Below are positions 39,750 to 49,384 of a DNA stretch of 64,000 nt, one piece after another. The translations under genes were made by a program, and so were the position numbers. Numbering within the stretch: the first letter of the stretch is position 1; the number at the start of each line of letters is the position of its first letter. This DNA comes from Permianibacter sp. (GTDB taxonomy: Bacteria > Pseudomonadota > Gammaproteobacteria > Enterobacterales > Permianibacteraceae), in NCBI GenBank assembly GCA_041913605.1, contig JAYSEY010000015.1, positions 20,743 to 84,742 of the forward strand. Direction: 5' to 3'. Below the pieces are notes generated by a model. The model saw only the letters and a program-made list of their open reading frames with translations. It was not told where the DNA came from and ran no database searches.

Positions 39750-40535
39750 ATGCTGCCACTGCTGTTACTGCTCCTGATTGCTGCACCGGTGTTGGCCGGT
39801 GAATCGCCTGCCGACGGAAAAGTGTGCGAGCGGCCGTTGCGCTTTTCGGAAATCGACGGTGTCTCGGAAAACTACCTGGCGCGGGTCATCGCCATGGAGG
39901 TGGTACCGGCCATGGGCTGCGTGCTCGAGCCGGTGAAAATGATCGGCGCGTCGCTGCGTCATCAGCAGATGCTGCAGAAAGGTGATCTGGACATGATGGC
40001 GGAGGCGTCACGGACGCCGGAACGGGAACGCCACGCCTGGTTTTCGCTGCCTTATCGTGTTGAGCGCATTGTCCTGATCCGCAGCCGCAATTCGGAGCGC
40101 GCGCGTCAGGTGCTTTCGATTGATGATGTGCTGGGCCGGAAACTGAAAATCATTGATGCCGGCACGAACTGGCTGGGACCGGAAGTCGCACGGCTGCGAC
40201 CGCAATGGCGGTCGGCTGGCTTGATGGTGGCAGAAGACAAGCCGGATGTGGCGATGAATGCGCTGCGCGATGGCCGTGTCGATCTGGCGATCTCCAGCGA
40301 TGAATTCTTCCATTCAATCCGCGCCGAGTACCCGACGCTGGAAATGGTGTTGCCCCCGGTTTACGAGGCGCCGGTACATTTCATGTTCAGCAAGCGCAGC
40401 GTCAGTCGCGAACAGGTGGACAAGTTTGATGAAGCCTTGCGTGGCTGGCTGGCGCGTCATCCGCAGGGCGTCGAGTCAGCACAGGGCGCTGCCCCAGAAC
40501 AGGACACGCCGGCCCGGCAGGACCGGAAAAACTGA
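39750..40535 (+). CDS. Stand-alone periplasmic substrate-binding protein (SBP family 3-like)
   Basis: Signal peptide, LQKGDLDM...RTPERE...FSLPY, GRVDLAI, HFMFSK. Confidence 0.8.
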   Translation: MLPLLLLLLIAAPVLAGESPADGKVCERPLRFSEIDGVSENYLARVIAMEVVPAMGCVLEPVKMIGASLRHQQMLQKGDLDMMAEASRTPERERHAWFSLPYRVERIVLIRSRNSERARQVLSIDDVLGRKLKIIDAGTNWLGPEVARLRPQWRSAGLMVAEDKPDVAMNALRDGRVDLAISSDEFFHSIRAEYPTLEMVLPPVYEAPVHFMFSKRSVSREQVDKFDEALRGWLARHPQGVESAQGAAPEQDTPARQDRKN

Positions 40536-40565
40536 ATTGCGCAGCTCCGGACAGGGCGGAACTCA

Positions 40566-40640
40566 TTCGCACGCAACGTATTCACACAACGCAGCTTCAC
40601 ACAACGCAGATTCACACAAAGCGGATTCACCACAAACTCA
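40566..40640. repeat. Degenerate 15-bp tandem repeat x5
   Basis: ttcgcacgcaacgta / ttcacacaacgcagc / ttcacacaacgcaga / ttcacacaaagcgga / ttcaccacaaactca. Confidence 0.85.
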
Positions 40641-40648
40641 CGTACATG

Positions 40649-40689
40649 AAAAACGCCCCCGGCACCAACAGATGCCGGGGGCGTTTTTT
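40649..40689. terminator. Bidirectional terminator
   Basis: AAAAACGCCCCCGGCA-ccaacaga-TGCCGGGGGCGTTTTTT between convergent genes. Confidence 0.88.
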
Positions 40690-40722
40690 CAGGTCAGGAT
40701 CAGCGGGACGTGTGCCGGGTGA

Positions 40723-41514
40723 TCAACGTTTCTCTTCATTGCCGACATTGATGAACGGGATCGCGCCGCCGCCGGTGTAGGTCGGCAGTTTTCCGTCCCA
40801 TTTCTGTACCGCTTCCAGTTGCACCAGCACCGGATTCTTTTCCAGCGCTGCGGCGCGGATCTGGATGGACTCGGCTTCGGCTTTGGCCGCGATCAATTTC
40901 TGTTTGGCCTGTTCCTCGATCTGGCGCGTGCGGTTTTCTTCCTCGATGGCACGCTGGGTGGCGATCACTTTCGCCTCAATCGCTTTCTCGAACTGATCGG
41001 TGTAGGACAGATCGTTGAATTCAAAATTGACGATCTGGATGCGCTGCGCTTTCAGCGATTCGCTGAGCTCGGCGATCACTTCTTTCTGGGCGACAGCGCG
41101 GTTGGTGATCAGCGCTTCCGCAGTCTGCTTGCCGATTACTTCCTTGATGCTGGCGTAGACCACTTGCGGCAGCAGTTTCTGGTCCCAGTCGAGACCGACC
41201 TGCTGATAGGTTTCGTGCGCGGTGGCGGCTTCCAGACGGTAGTTGACGGTGAAGCGCACATCGGCTTGTTGCACGTCCTTGGTATAGCCCTGCGTGGTTT
41301 CGGTCCAGGATTTCACTCGCGTGTCGATCTCGACAATGTCGGTGGTCAGCGGGTTGTACCAGTAGAAACCTTCCGGCAGCGATTCCGGCTCCACTTCACC
41401 GAAGCGCACCTTGACGCCGCGGTGACCGGTGTCGACCACTTCGGCGCAACCGCCAAAGGTGAACAGCGCGGCCAGACCCAGGGCGGCGATGATCAGTTTG
41501 ATGACATAGCGCAT
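40723..41514 (-). CDS. Prohibitin/SPFH (band 7) family protein
   Basis: VVDTGHRGVKVRFG, F-KAIEAKVIATQ, AKAEAESIQIRA, KWDGKLP. Confidence 0.9.
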   Translation of the reverse strand: MRYVIKLIIAALGLAALFTFGGCAEVVDTGHRGVKVRFGEVEPESLPEGFYWYNPLTTDIVEIDTRVKSWTETTQGYTKDVQQADVRFTVNYRLEAATAHETYQQVGLDWDQKLLPQVVYASIKEVIGKQTAEALITNRAVAQKEVIAELSESLKAQRIQIVNFEFNDLSYTDQFEKAIEAKVIATQRAIEEENRTRQIEEQAKQKLIAAKAEAESIQIRAAALEKNPVLVQLEAVQKWDGKLPTYTGGGAIPFINVGNEEKR

Positions 41515-41608
41515 GACGCACTCCTGTAGCGTGAGGGGGATAAAGCAGTAAGAAGAATTGCTGCGGCCTGATCGGCGCGACCAGGCCGCGCACCATCGCG
41601 CATTGCGC

Positions 41609-41806
41609 TTAGTGGCGCACGAACATCTGCATCAGGCGCTGGCGACCTTCGCGGGACAACAGGGCCAGCGGCCAGAGCAGCGCCACCGGCAGATGCAGCA
41701 GTGTCGATTTGATCGGCGCGCCAAACAGCATGCGCGACAGCAGCAGCACGACCAGCAGCGCCGCGCCACCGAGCCAGATCTTCCAGAACAGGTTGATCAG
41801 TGCCAC
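41609..41806 (-). CDS. Hypothetical 65-aa membrane protein
   Basis: Two hydrophobic segments; GGAGG before the start; fills the gap upstream of the SPFH gene. Confidence 0.55.
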   Translation of the reverse strand: MALINLFWKIWLGGAALLVVLLLSRMLFGAPIKSTLLHLPVALLWPLALLSREGRQRLMQMFVRH

Positions 41807-42029
41807 CTTGACCTCCAGACGGACAGGATTGTCCTGCAGACGATTATGCCAGTTCCGTTTCGCGCGTCTGTGTGTTTATGTAGTGCGACGGCCGTCACCG
41901 GGCCGCGCATGTCGCAGTGGCGGCATGCTCTGTCAGCAGATGTTTCCGTCGCCGCTTCTGCTGCCGCTGCAGCGACGTTCAGCGGGGCCCGTTTGCGTCA
42001 TCAAGCTTGCTGCCTTCAGGAGGGCGCTC

Positions 42030-42929
42030 ATGCTCAGTGCAGAAGAATTGGATCGGCTGATTGTGCGTGCGGGGCGTCGTGTCCGGCTGGCGGAATTTGC
42101 CACCGACGGCGATGGCTTTCCGTCGCTGGCGGCGCTGGATCGCAAGGCGCTGAAAAACCGTGCCCAGGATGTGCTGGCCGAGAGTCGCGAACAACTGGGC
42201 AAGGCCCAGGAGTTGTTGTGGGCCAACGATACCTGGTCGGTGTTGCTGATCCTGCAGGGCATGGACACCAGCGGCAAGGACGGTGTGATCAAGCACGTGT
42301 TCTCGGGCATGAATCCGCTCGGTTGCCAGGCGGTCAGTTTTCGCGCCCCTTCCGATGAAGAGCTGGATCACAATTTTCTCTGGCGCTACATGAAACATTT
42401 GCCGGAGCGCGGTCGCATCGGCATTTTCAACCGTTCCTGGTATGAGGAAACGCTGATCGTGCGCGTCGTGCCCGCCGTACTGGCCCGCCAGAAACTGCCG
42501 CCGATCGCGGATGCCGATGCGTTCTGGGCGGCTCGCCACGATGACATCAATGCCCTGGAACAGCATCTGGTGCGCAACGGCACGCAGGTGCTGAAATGTT
42601 TCCTGCATCTGGGCAGGGACGAACAGAAGGCGCGTCTGCTGGAGCGCATCGACAATCCGGACAAACACTGGAAATTCGATCCGGCCGATCTGCAGGCGCG
42701 CGCGCAGTGGGACCGTTATCAGCACGCCTACGAAACCACGCTGTCGGCAACATCCACCACGCACGCGCCCTGGCATGTGATCCCGGCCGACAACAAACCG
42801 CTGGCCCGGGCACTGGTCGCGATGCTGCTGTGCCGGGTGATCGGCAAGTTGCCGCTGCACCTGCCAACCGGCAGTGCCGAAAAAGAACAACAGATCGCGC
42901 AGGCCAGACGGGATTTGCTCGCCGAGTAA
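42030..42929 (+). CDS. ppk2: Polyphosphate kinase 2 family protein (probably class III)
   Basis: LQGMDTSGKDG, FRAPSDEELDHNFLWRY, GIFNRSWYE, DNPDKHWKF; AGGAGG RBS. Confidence 0.93.
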   Translation: MLSAEELDRLIVRAGRRVRLAEFATDGDGFPSLAALDRKALKNRAQDVLAESREQLGKAQELLWANDTWSVLLILQGMDTSGKDGVIKHVFSGMNPLGCQAVSFRAPSDEELDHNFLWRYMKHLPERGRIGIFNRSWYEETLIVRVVPAVLARQKLPPIADADAFWAARHDDINALEQHLVRNGTQVLKCFLHLGRDEQKARLLERIDNPDKHWKFDPADLQARAQWDRYQHAYETTLSATSTTHAPWHVIPADNKPLARALVAMLLCRVIGKLPLHLPTGSAEKEQQIAQARRDLLAE

Positions 42930-42949
42930 GGTGCGAACGCGCACCAGGG

Positions 42950-42993
42950 CTGTCACGCGGCTGTCGCCTGCCCGTCACGCCGCTGACATGACC
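42950..42993 (+). promoter_or_regulatory. Four phased Pho-box half-sites (11-bp period)
   Basis: CTGTCACgcgg CTGTCGCctgc CCGTCACgccg CTGACATgacc, 47 bp upstream of ATG 43041. Confidence 0.75.
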
Positions 42994-43040
42994 GGTCTCC
43001 AGACTCGCCGCATCCTGCGGTCCGCGTCTCTGGAGCTGTC

Positions 43041-46000
43041 ATGTCCCCGTTGTCACTGCATCACACCGCGCGTGCGGTCGGTCTGGCCCTTGGCCTGTTG
43101 TCCCTCTCTGCCTGTGATCTGGGCGGCGATGATCCGCAAGTGGTCACCCTGAGCAAGAAAGCTGCCATCGCCATCGGCGACAGCCAATGCTGGAACGGTG
43201 GTGATCTGGTGCAGAGCGGTGGCGACAGGAATTTCAACGGTACGCTCGACAACGATGAAATCACCAGCAGCGAAAAAGTCTGCAAGGCGGCACTGGCACC
43301 GACCTGGTTGCAGCGCAGCTTCACGATCAATCCGGCGCTGAAAACCGTCGCCATTCCCGGTGGCAAGACGCTGAACCTGACGCTGGGTGTCGGCAGCGGC
43401 GCGTTCCGTCGCGCCAGCGACGCGCCGGGCATGTTCTGGACCGTTTCGGATCGCGGTCCGAATCTCGATTGCGGCGCCTCGGAAAAACTGGCCGGCATCA
43501 AGGACCTGTGCAAAACCAGCGCCGGTGCCGTGGACAATCTCGGCAAGATCTTCCCGACGCCGGATTTCACGCCGTCGATTTACCAGTGGCAGATCGAACA
43601 GAACAGCGCCGGCAACGCCCGTCTGGTGCTGAAGAACACCATCACGCTGAAAGACAAGGATGGCGCGCCGATCAGTGGCCGCTCCAATGAACTGAAAGTC
43701 ACCAATACCGAAGTCAGCTACGACGTACAGGGCAAGCCGCTGGCTTTTGACAACGAAGGTCTCGACACCGAAGCACTGGCGGTGCTCAACGACGGCAGCT
43801 TCTGGCTGGCCGAAGAATACGGCCCGTCGATTGTCCGGGTTGCCGCCGACGGCAAAATTCTCGAACGCATCGTGCCTGCCGGCATGGAAAACGATCTGAA
43901 GAATGCCAACTATCCGGTGCGCGGTTTGCTGCCGGCAATTCTTGCCAGGCGCACGCTGAATCGTGGCGCGGAATCCATCGGCGTTACCGCCGACAACAAA
44001 TACCTGTACGTCGCCATGCAGAATCCGCTGTCGAACCCGGACGGCGCGACGTATGCCACCGCGCGCAACACCCGCGTGCTGAAAGTGGCGCTGGCCAACG
44101 GCGCGTTTGATCGCGTGGTCGGCGAATACCTGTATGTGCTCGACAGCGCGCAAACCTACGGCAACCTTGCCGAGAAAACCGGCGACCTCAGCAACGGTCT
44201 GCCGATGAAACAGTCGGATGTCAAAGTCAGTGAGTTGCTGGTCCTCGGCGAAGATGATCTGCTGGTGCTCGAGCGCATCTCGAAAGTCACCAAGCTGTAC
44301 CGCGTCAACCTGAAAACCGCCGACAACGTGCTCGATGGCGCCGCCGATCAGCTGACCCAAACCCCGTCAGTGGAAAGCCTGCTCGACACGCGTCGCGTGT
44401 TCAATGCCAAACCGGTGGTCAAGCAACTGGTGTTCAACAGCCTGACCGATGCCGGCAGCCTGAATGTGCCGGAGAAAATCGAGGGCGTGGCGCTGCTCGA
44501 CAACAACAACCTGTTGCTGATCAATGACAATGATTTTGCGATTGAAGGAGCATCCACCGGCGTGCTGGTGTACCCGCTGGCGGCCAATCAACTGGGCAGC
44601 ACGCCCAAACGTCTGTCGCTGAGCCAGTTGGGTCGCTATGACTCCGGCGTCTTCGCTGAAGGCGCCGCGGAAATCGTTGCCTACGACGCTGCCAGCAAAC
44701 GCCTGTTTGTCGTCAATGCCAAGGCTGCGACCGTCGATGTGCTGGATGTCAGCAACCCGGCCGCGCCGTCGCGCGTGCACCAGATCAATGTCGGCGCGGT
44801 GGCGGCAAATCTCGGCGCCGCCAATTCGGTGGCGGTACACAACGGCGTGCTCGCCGTGGCGATCGAGGCCAGTCCGAAAACCGCCAACGGCCGCGTCGCG
44901 TTTTACAACACCAGTGACTACCGTCTGCTGAACGCGGTGACCGTGGGGGCGCTGCCGGACATGCTGACCTTCACGCCGGATGGCAAGCGCGTACTGGTCG
45001 CCAACGAAGGTGAGCCGGCCGATGACTACAGCGTTGATCCGCAGGGCAGCATCAGCATCATCAACCTCGCCGGCGGTGTCGCGGCTGCAACAGTAAAAAC
45101 GCTGGGCTTTGCCGACTTCAACGTTGGCGGCGCACGCGCTGCCGAGTTGCCGGCCGGTGTCCGCATCTATGGTCCGAACGCCAGCGTCGCCAGCGATCTG
45201 GAGCCGGAATACATCACCGTCAGTGCCGACGGCAGCAAGGCCTGGGTCTCGCTGCAGGAAGCCAATGCCGTGGCCGTTCTGGATCTGGTGTACGAGCGCA
45301 TCGCCGGCATCAGCGCACTGGGCCTCAAGGATCACGGCGCCGCGTTCAACGAACTCGACGCCAGTGATCGTGACAACACCACGGCGCTGAAAAGCTGGAA
45401 GAATGTTTTCGGCATGTATCAGCCGGATGCGATCGCTGCCCTGCGTGCCGGTGGCCGTGACTATGTGGTCAGCGCCAACGAAGGTGATGCGCGTGACTGG
45501 GCCGGCTACTCGGAAGATGCGCGCGTGAAAGACCGGGCGCTGGATCTGTCGATCTTCAAGAACAGCGAAAACCTCGATGCCAACATTGGTCGCCTGAAAA
45601 CCACCAAGGCAAACGGTGACACGGACGGCAACGGACTGATCGACAAGGTGCACGCCTACGGTGCGCGTTCGTTCTCGATCTGGAATGAAGCCGGCAAGCT
45701 GGTGTTTGATTCCGGCCACGAATTCGAGCGCATCACGCTGGAATACCTGCCGGCCGGTTTCAATGCCAGCAATGACAACAGCAAGAAAGATGACCGCTCG
45801 GACGACAAGGGGCCGGAACCGGAAGGCGTGGCGATTGGCGTGATTGACGGACGCAGCTATGCGTTCATCGGCCTTGAGCGCACCGGCGGCCTGATGGTCT
45901 ACGACATCAGCAGCCCGTTTGCACCGCAGTTCATCGACTACGTCAACAATCGTGACTACAGCAAGACACCGGGTGTCGGTGTTGATGCCGGTGACCTCGG

Positions 46001-46115
46001 CCCGGAAGGTGTGCTGTTCATTCCGGCCGACAAATCACCGAATGGAAAACCGCTTATCGCGGTTGGCAATGAAGTCAGCGGCACCACCACGCTGTGGCAG
46101 GTCAACCTGCAGTAA
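43041..46115 (+). CDS. Lipoprotein: phytase-like esterase domain + choice-of-anchor-I-like propeller
   Basis: Lipobox LSAC; SDRGPN, DTEAL...FWLAEEYGPS, NRGAESI, EKIEG (phytase-like); GALPDMLTFTPDG..VANEGEP, LEPEYI, YQPDAI, SDDKGPEPEG (anchor-I). Confidence 0.85.
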   Translation: MSPLSLHHTARAVGLALGLLSLSACDLGGDDPQVVTLSKKAAIAIGDSQCWNGGDLVQSGGDRNFNGTLDNDEITSSEKVCKAALAPTWLQRSFTINPALKTVAIPGGKTLNLTLGVGSGAFRRASDAPGMFWTVSDRGPNLDCGASEKLAGIKDLCKTSAGAVDNLGKIFPTPDFTPSIYQWQIEQNSAGNARLVLKNTITLKDKDGAPISGRSNELKVTNTEVSYDVQGKPLAFDNEGLDTEALAVLNDGSFWLAEEYGPSIVRVAADGKILERIVPAGMENDLKNANYPVRGLLPAILARRTLNRGAESIGVTADNKYLYVAMQNPLSNPDGATYATARNTRVLKVALANGAFDRVVGEYLYVLDSAQTYGNLAEKTGDLSNGLPMKQSDVKVSELLVLGEDDLLVLERISKVTKLYRVNLKTADNVLDGAADQLTQTPSVESLLDTRRVFNAKPVVKQLVFNSLTDAGSLNVPEKIEGVALLDNNNLLLINDNDFAIEGASTGVLVYPLAANQLGSTPKRLSLSQLGRYDSGVFAEGAAEIVAYDAASKRLFVVNAKAATVDVLDVSNPAAPSRVHQINVGAVAANLGAANSVAVHNGVLAVAIEASPKTANGRVAFYNTSDYRLLNAVTVGALPDMLTFTPDGKRVLVANEGEPADDYSVDPQGSISIINLAGGVAAATVKTLGFADFNVGGARAAELPAGVRIYGPNASVASDLEPEYITVSADGSKAWVSLQEANAVAVLDLVYERIAGISALGLKDHGAAFNELDASDRDNTTALKSWKNVFGMYQPDAIAALRAGGRDYVVSANEGDARDWAGYSEDARVKDRALDLSIFKNSENLDANIGRLKTTKANGDTDGNGLIDKVHAYGARSFSIWNEAGKLVFDSGHEFERITLEYLPAGFNASNDNSKKDDRSDDKGPEPEGVAIGVIDGRSYAFIGLERTGGLMVYDISSPFAPQFIDYVNNRDYSKTPGVGVDAGDLGPEGVLFIPADKSPNGKPLIAVGNEVSGTTTLWQVNLQ

Positions 46116-46262
46116 ACGCTGGCACGGGAGGCGGAGCGCGTGCCGCTTCCCGTGCGTTCTCATTGCCCTGACACCGTCACCGCAATATTGGTTTGTGCCG
46201 GTGTTCAACAGAACTGGCTCGTTGCGCGCGGCAGAAAAACAAAACGGCAAACTTCCGGCCGC

Positions 46263-47099
46263 TCAGTTTTCGGTGTGCCAGGTGTCAGTCTGTCCGGATT
46301 CGCCTGGCTGATCGTCGGCCACTGTATCGGCACGCAAGTCTTCACTGATTTGCGTGCTCCCGCATAGCGCGCGTTTGTCGTAGGGAAAATCATTGCCGTT
46401 GCAGAGCCGTGCAAAATCCTCATCGCTGAAGTAGCGGCCGCCCATGCGCAGCAGCAAGCGCACGGTTGGCGCCAGCGGTGCGGGGCCGAAGCTGTTGGCG
46501 AACTGGTAGTCCAGCCGGACCACCTGATCGGCAATGTCTGCACTGAAGCGCGGCGTCAGCGGCAAACGGAGTTTCGGTCTATCGCCATTCCAGAGTTGTT
46601 GCTGATAGCGCTGCCAGGTTTGCAAGCCGATATCGCCGAGCGCAAAGACATGGTGATGCACCGGCTCTGGTGGGGCAGTGCTGCTGTCCGCTGGTGCCGA
46701 TGCCGTTTCAGCGTCCGCTGACGCCACTTCCGGCGCCGCCAGAAAATCATCGCTGTGACGGCTGATCAGGCGTAGCGGACTGACGACGGTCTGCCATTCC
46801 TCGCCACTGTGGACAAGAATTTCCACATGCGCGGTGTCGATCACTTCCGCAGACAGTGGCGTACGGGTGTCGAGAAAAAATCGCCAGTCAGCCGCATCGC
46901 TGACCATGATCTCGGCGTTGAAATAGACGCCGCGGACAAAATCAGGTTGCGCATCACGCAGCGCGGCCGGTTCGAGTTTCCAAAGTCCGACGCTCGCCTG
47001 CAGGAAGCTTTTTTGGGCGCCGCCGATCAGGCTGCAGCCGCTGCACAGGGCGAGCAGCAGCAAGGCCAGCGACGCGTGCAGGAGACGGAAAGTGATCAT
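46263..47099 (-). CDS. Hypothetical lipoprotein
   Basis: Signal peptide with lipobox LCSGC, GGAG RBS, C-terminal Cys pair; no family recognised. Confidence 0.65.
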   Translation of the reverse strand: MITFRLLHASLALLLLALCSGCSLIGGAQKSFLQASVGLWKLEPAALRDAQPDFVRGVYFNAEIMVSDAADWRFFLDTRTPLSAEVIDTAHVEILVHSGEEWQTVVSPLRLISRHSDDFLAAPEVASADAETASAPADSSTAPPEPVHHHVFALGDIGLQTWQRYQQQLWNGDRPKLRLPLTPRFSADIADQVVRLDYQFANSFGPAPLAPTVRLLLRMGGRYFSDEDFARLCNGNDFPYDKRALCGSTQISEDLRADTVADDQPGESGQTDTWHTEN

Positions 47100-47112
47100 C
47101 GTCAGCAACTCC

Positions 47113-47149
47113 AAAAAAAAAGGGACCGCGCCGGACAAACGGCGCGGCC
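47113..47149 (-). terminator. Terminator after the MipA-family gene
   Basis: CCGCGCCG-tttgtc-CGGCGCGG-tccc-T9 on the minus strand. Confidence 0.7.
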
Positions 47150-47186
47150 AGTGGTGACAGGAGTGTTGGTTGCCGCGCGCAGCAGC

Positions 47187-48020
47187 TCAGAACAGGAACA
47201 TCACCCCCATCGCGGCGACGTTCTGATCTTTTTCACCGCGCAGGCGGACAATCGGACTGTCGGCGACGGTTTTGCTGAGCTGTGACACGCCGACCATCAT
47301 GAACAGGCTCATGTCCGGTGAAATGCCGTAGCTGGCGGTGAATGTGCCGCTGCGATCCTTGACGCCTTCTTCGGGCGTGTAGCGCGCCAGTCCCGCGCGT
47401 CGCGCGTTGTCGGCATCAATCGCGAAGTAGGTGTCCATATAGGCGCTGTCGGCCCAGCTGTGTGCGTGTTCGACACTGAAGCGCCAGCGTTCACCGATCA
47501 TCCAGGAGTAGCGGCCACTCAGTGTTGCGATGCGGCCCTCGTGGGCTTCGCGCAGATCCTGGACTGTGCTCAGTTGCACGGCAATTTCCCCGGGCACGCG
47601 CCGGCCGACCTGCCAGCGCACTTCCGCGAAGCCGCCGGCCTCCACTGTGGCGTCGATCTCGCGCAGCTTGGCGATCACCGGATCATCGACTTCGTCATCG
47701 CGGCCGAGACGCCCCTGGATCAAGGGGCCGGCGGAAAAATGTGCCGTTTCGATCAGGTGCAGGCGCAGGCCCATGCCGGTCATGTCGATGCGCGTACCGC
47801 CGATGCGCTCGTCGAACATCACCATCGGCAGCGTCATGTCGGCTTTCGCACCTTCATACTCGGGAAATTGCGCCACGCCGATGCCGAAGCTGCGTGTTGC
47901 TGCCGGCGCGTTTGCCGGCGCGGCTGTGTGGTGTTCGCTGGCGCAACTGTCAGCAAATGCGAATACGCCCGCCAGCAGCGTGGCGCTGCGCCAGAAGCGT
48001 GGCAATAATGAAACGCTCAT
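47187..48020 (-). CDS. MipA/OmpV family outer-membrane protein
   Basis: GIGVAQFPEYEGAK, WADSAYMDTYFAI, DSPIV, C-terminal F. Confidence 0.9.
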   Translation of the reverse strand: MSVSLLPRFWRSATLLAGVFAFADSCASEHHTAAPANAPAATRSFGIGVAQFPEYEGAKADMTLPMVMFDERIGGTRIDMTGMGLRLHLIETAHFSAGPLIQGRLGRDDEVDDPVIAKLREIDATVEAGGFAEVRWQVGRRVPGEIAVQLSTVQDLREAHEGRIATLSGRYSWMIGERWRFSVEHAHSWADSAYMDTYFAIDADNARRAGLARYTPEEGVKDRSGTFTASYGISPDMSLFMMVGVSQLSKTVADSPIVRLRGEKDQNVAAMGVMFLF

Positions 48021-48101
48021 GAGTCCTGCTCCCTGAAAGTGGAAAATCAGCAGGCATATTTTTCCGGCCGGCAGCCGGTTTCACTACTCGCATGGCAGAC
48101 G

Positions 48102-48752
48102 ATGAAAGAAGCGAAGGAACTGGCGCTGAAGCCGCGAAAACAGCCACGTCAGGCGCGCGCGGCGTATATGGTGGACGTGATCCTGGAGGCGGCTACTCGC
48201 GTTTTGGCCGCCGACGGTCTGGTGCGCTTCACCACCAATCATGTCGCCGAGGCGGCCGGCATCAGCATCGGCTCGCTGTACCAGTATTTTCCCAACAAGC
48301 ATGCGCTGCTGGCGGAACTGGCCTGCCGCGAGTACGAACGTTTGCTGACCATGATGCGGGCGGCGTTTGCCGCCGCTGACACGCTGGCGCTGGAAGACGG
48401 TGTGCGCGGCATCGTTACCGCCACGGTCGATGCCATGCCGGCGCAGGCCGGGCTGGCGCGCTTGCTGATGACTGACATGGCCAGCCTGCAACTGAGTCAG
48501 CAATTGATGCTGCGTCTGGATGCCGTGCTCGGTGAATTGATGCAGCTGTCCATCCAGCACAGCAGCCGTTTCCAGTCGCCGCAGCTGGCGCGCGATCCGG
48601 CGCAGACCGCAGCGATGTGCATGAGTATCAGCCGCGCGCTGGTGTATGCCGCGCAAGTGGACCGGATGCTGCCGATGTCGCGCGCGCAGCTGATCGATGC
48701 GCTCACCGATCAGCTGCTGTTCACGCTTGGCTACGTGCAGCGCGCGGGGTGA
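48102..48752 (+). CDS. TetR/AcrR family regulator
   Basis: PRKQPRQARA...FTTNHVAEAAGISIGSLYQYFPNKHAL. Confidence 0.93.
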   Translation: MKEAKELALKPRKQPRQARAAYMVDVILEAATRVLAADGLVRFTTNHVAEAAGISIGSLYQYFPNKHALLAELACREYERLLTMMRAAFAAADTLALEDGVRGIVTATVDAMPAQAGLARLLMTDMASLQLSQQLMLRLDAVLGELMQLSIQHSSRFQSPQLARDPAQTAAMCMSISRALVYAAQVDRMLPMSRAQLIDALTDQLLFTLGYVQRAG

Positions 48753-48775
48753 TGCGCGCTGAACCTGCCCGGTCT

Positions 48776-49288
48776 TCAGTCAAGCTTCTGCACTGACTGG
48801 GCGACGATCAGGTATTCGCGCGGCGAGACGAACTTGCTTTTGTCGTCGCGGGCCAGATGTTCCTGCATGGCCTTGTCGTTCACTTTTTCCGACAACACGC
48901 CGAACACTTCGACGCGGCCGGCCAGATCCTTGTGCACCAGAAACGCGTGATCCTTGGTGCGCACGCGCGCCCAGTGCGTGCCATCGGCGAGGATCAGCCA
49001 GCAGCCTTCCTTCTGGCAGACTTCGCGCACCTCGCCGCTGATCTTGCGTGCTTCACCACCGGTGCCGGCGGCAATGGCGGCGGCCAGCGGCGTCGCCGGG
49101 CCGGCGGGCATGGCGCTGCCGAACAGCCGCGCACCGGGCGCTGGTGCGGCCGTGTGTTTGCCTTCATCGGCGGCCGCCGTGCCGGTGAACAGGGACGAAG
49201 TGAACAGGCTTGCGGTGAACAGGGCCGTGCAGAACAGGCCGGCGGCGGGCAGTGCACGGCGGCGCAGGAAAGTATGCGAAGTGGACAT
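48776..49288 (-). CDS. DUF4920-domain exported protein
   Basis: [14 protein letters not shown]...[10 protein letters not shown] motif; long signal peptide. Confidence 0.8.
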   Translation of the reverse strand: MSTSHTFLRRRALPAAGLFCTALFTASLFTSSLFTGTAAADEGKHTAAPAPGARLFGSAMPAGPATPLAAAIAAGTGGEARKISGEVREVCQKEGCWLILADGTHWARVRTKDHAFLVHKDLAGRVEVFGVLSEKVNDKAMQEHLARDDKSKFVSPREYLIVAQSVQKLD

Positions 49289-49384
49289 GGGCGATCTCCC
49301 TGGAAAAACGGCGCTACCATAGCCAGCCGTGGCCGTGTCCGGCCAGCGTTGTCAGCAAACACGATGCGATCAGGAGCAGAAAAA

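Noticed and set aside
40723-41514. SPFH gene as a phage remnant
   Set aside because: Host-like codon usage and no other phage genes nearby.
47113-47121. A9 homopolymer as a phase-variation tract
   Set aside because: It is the U-tail of the minus-strand terminator after the MipA-family gene.
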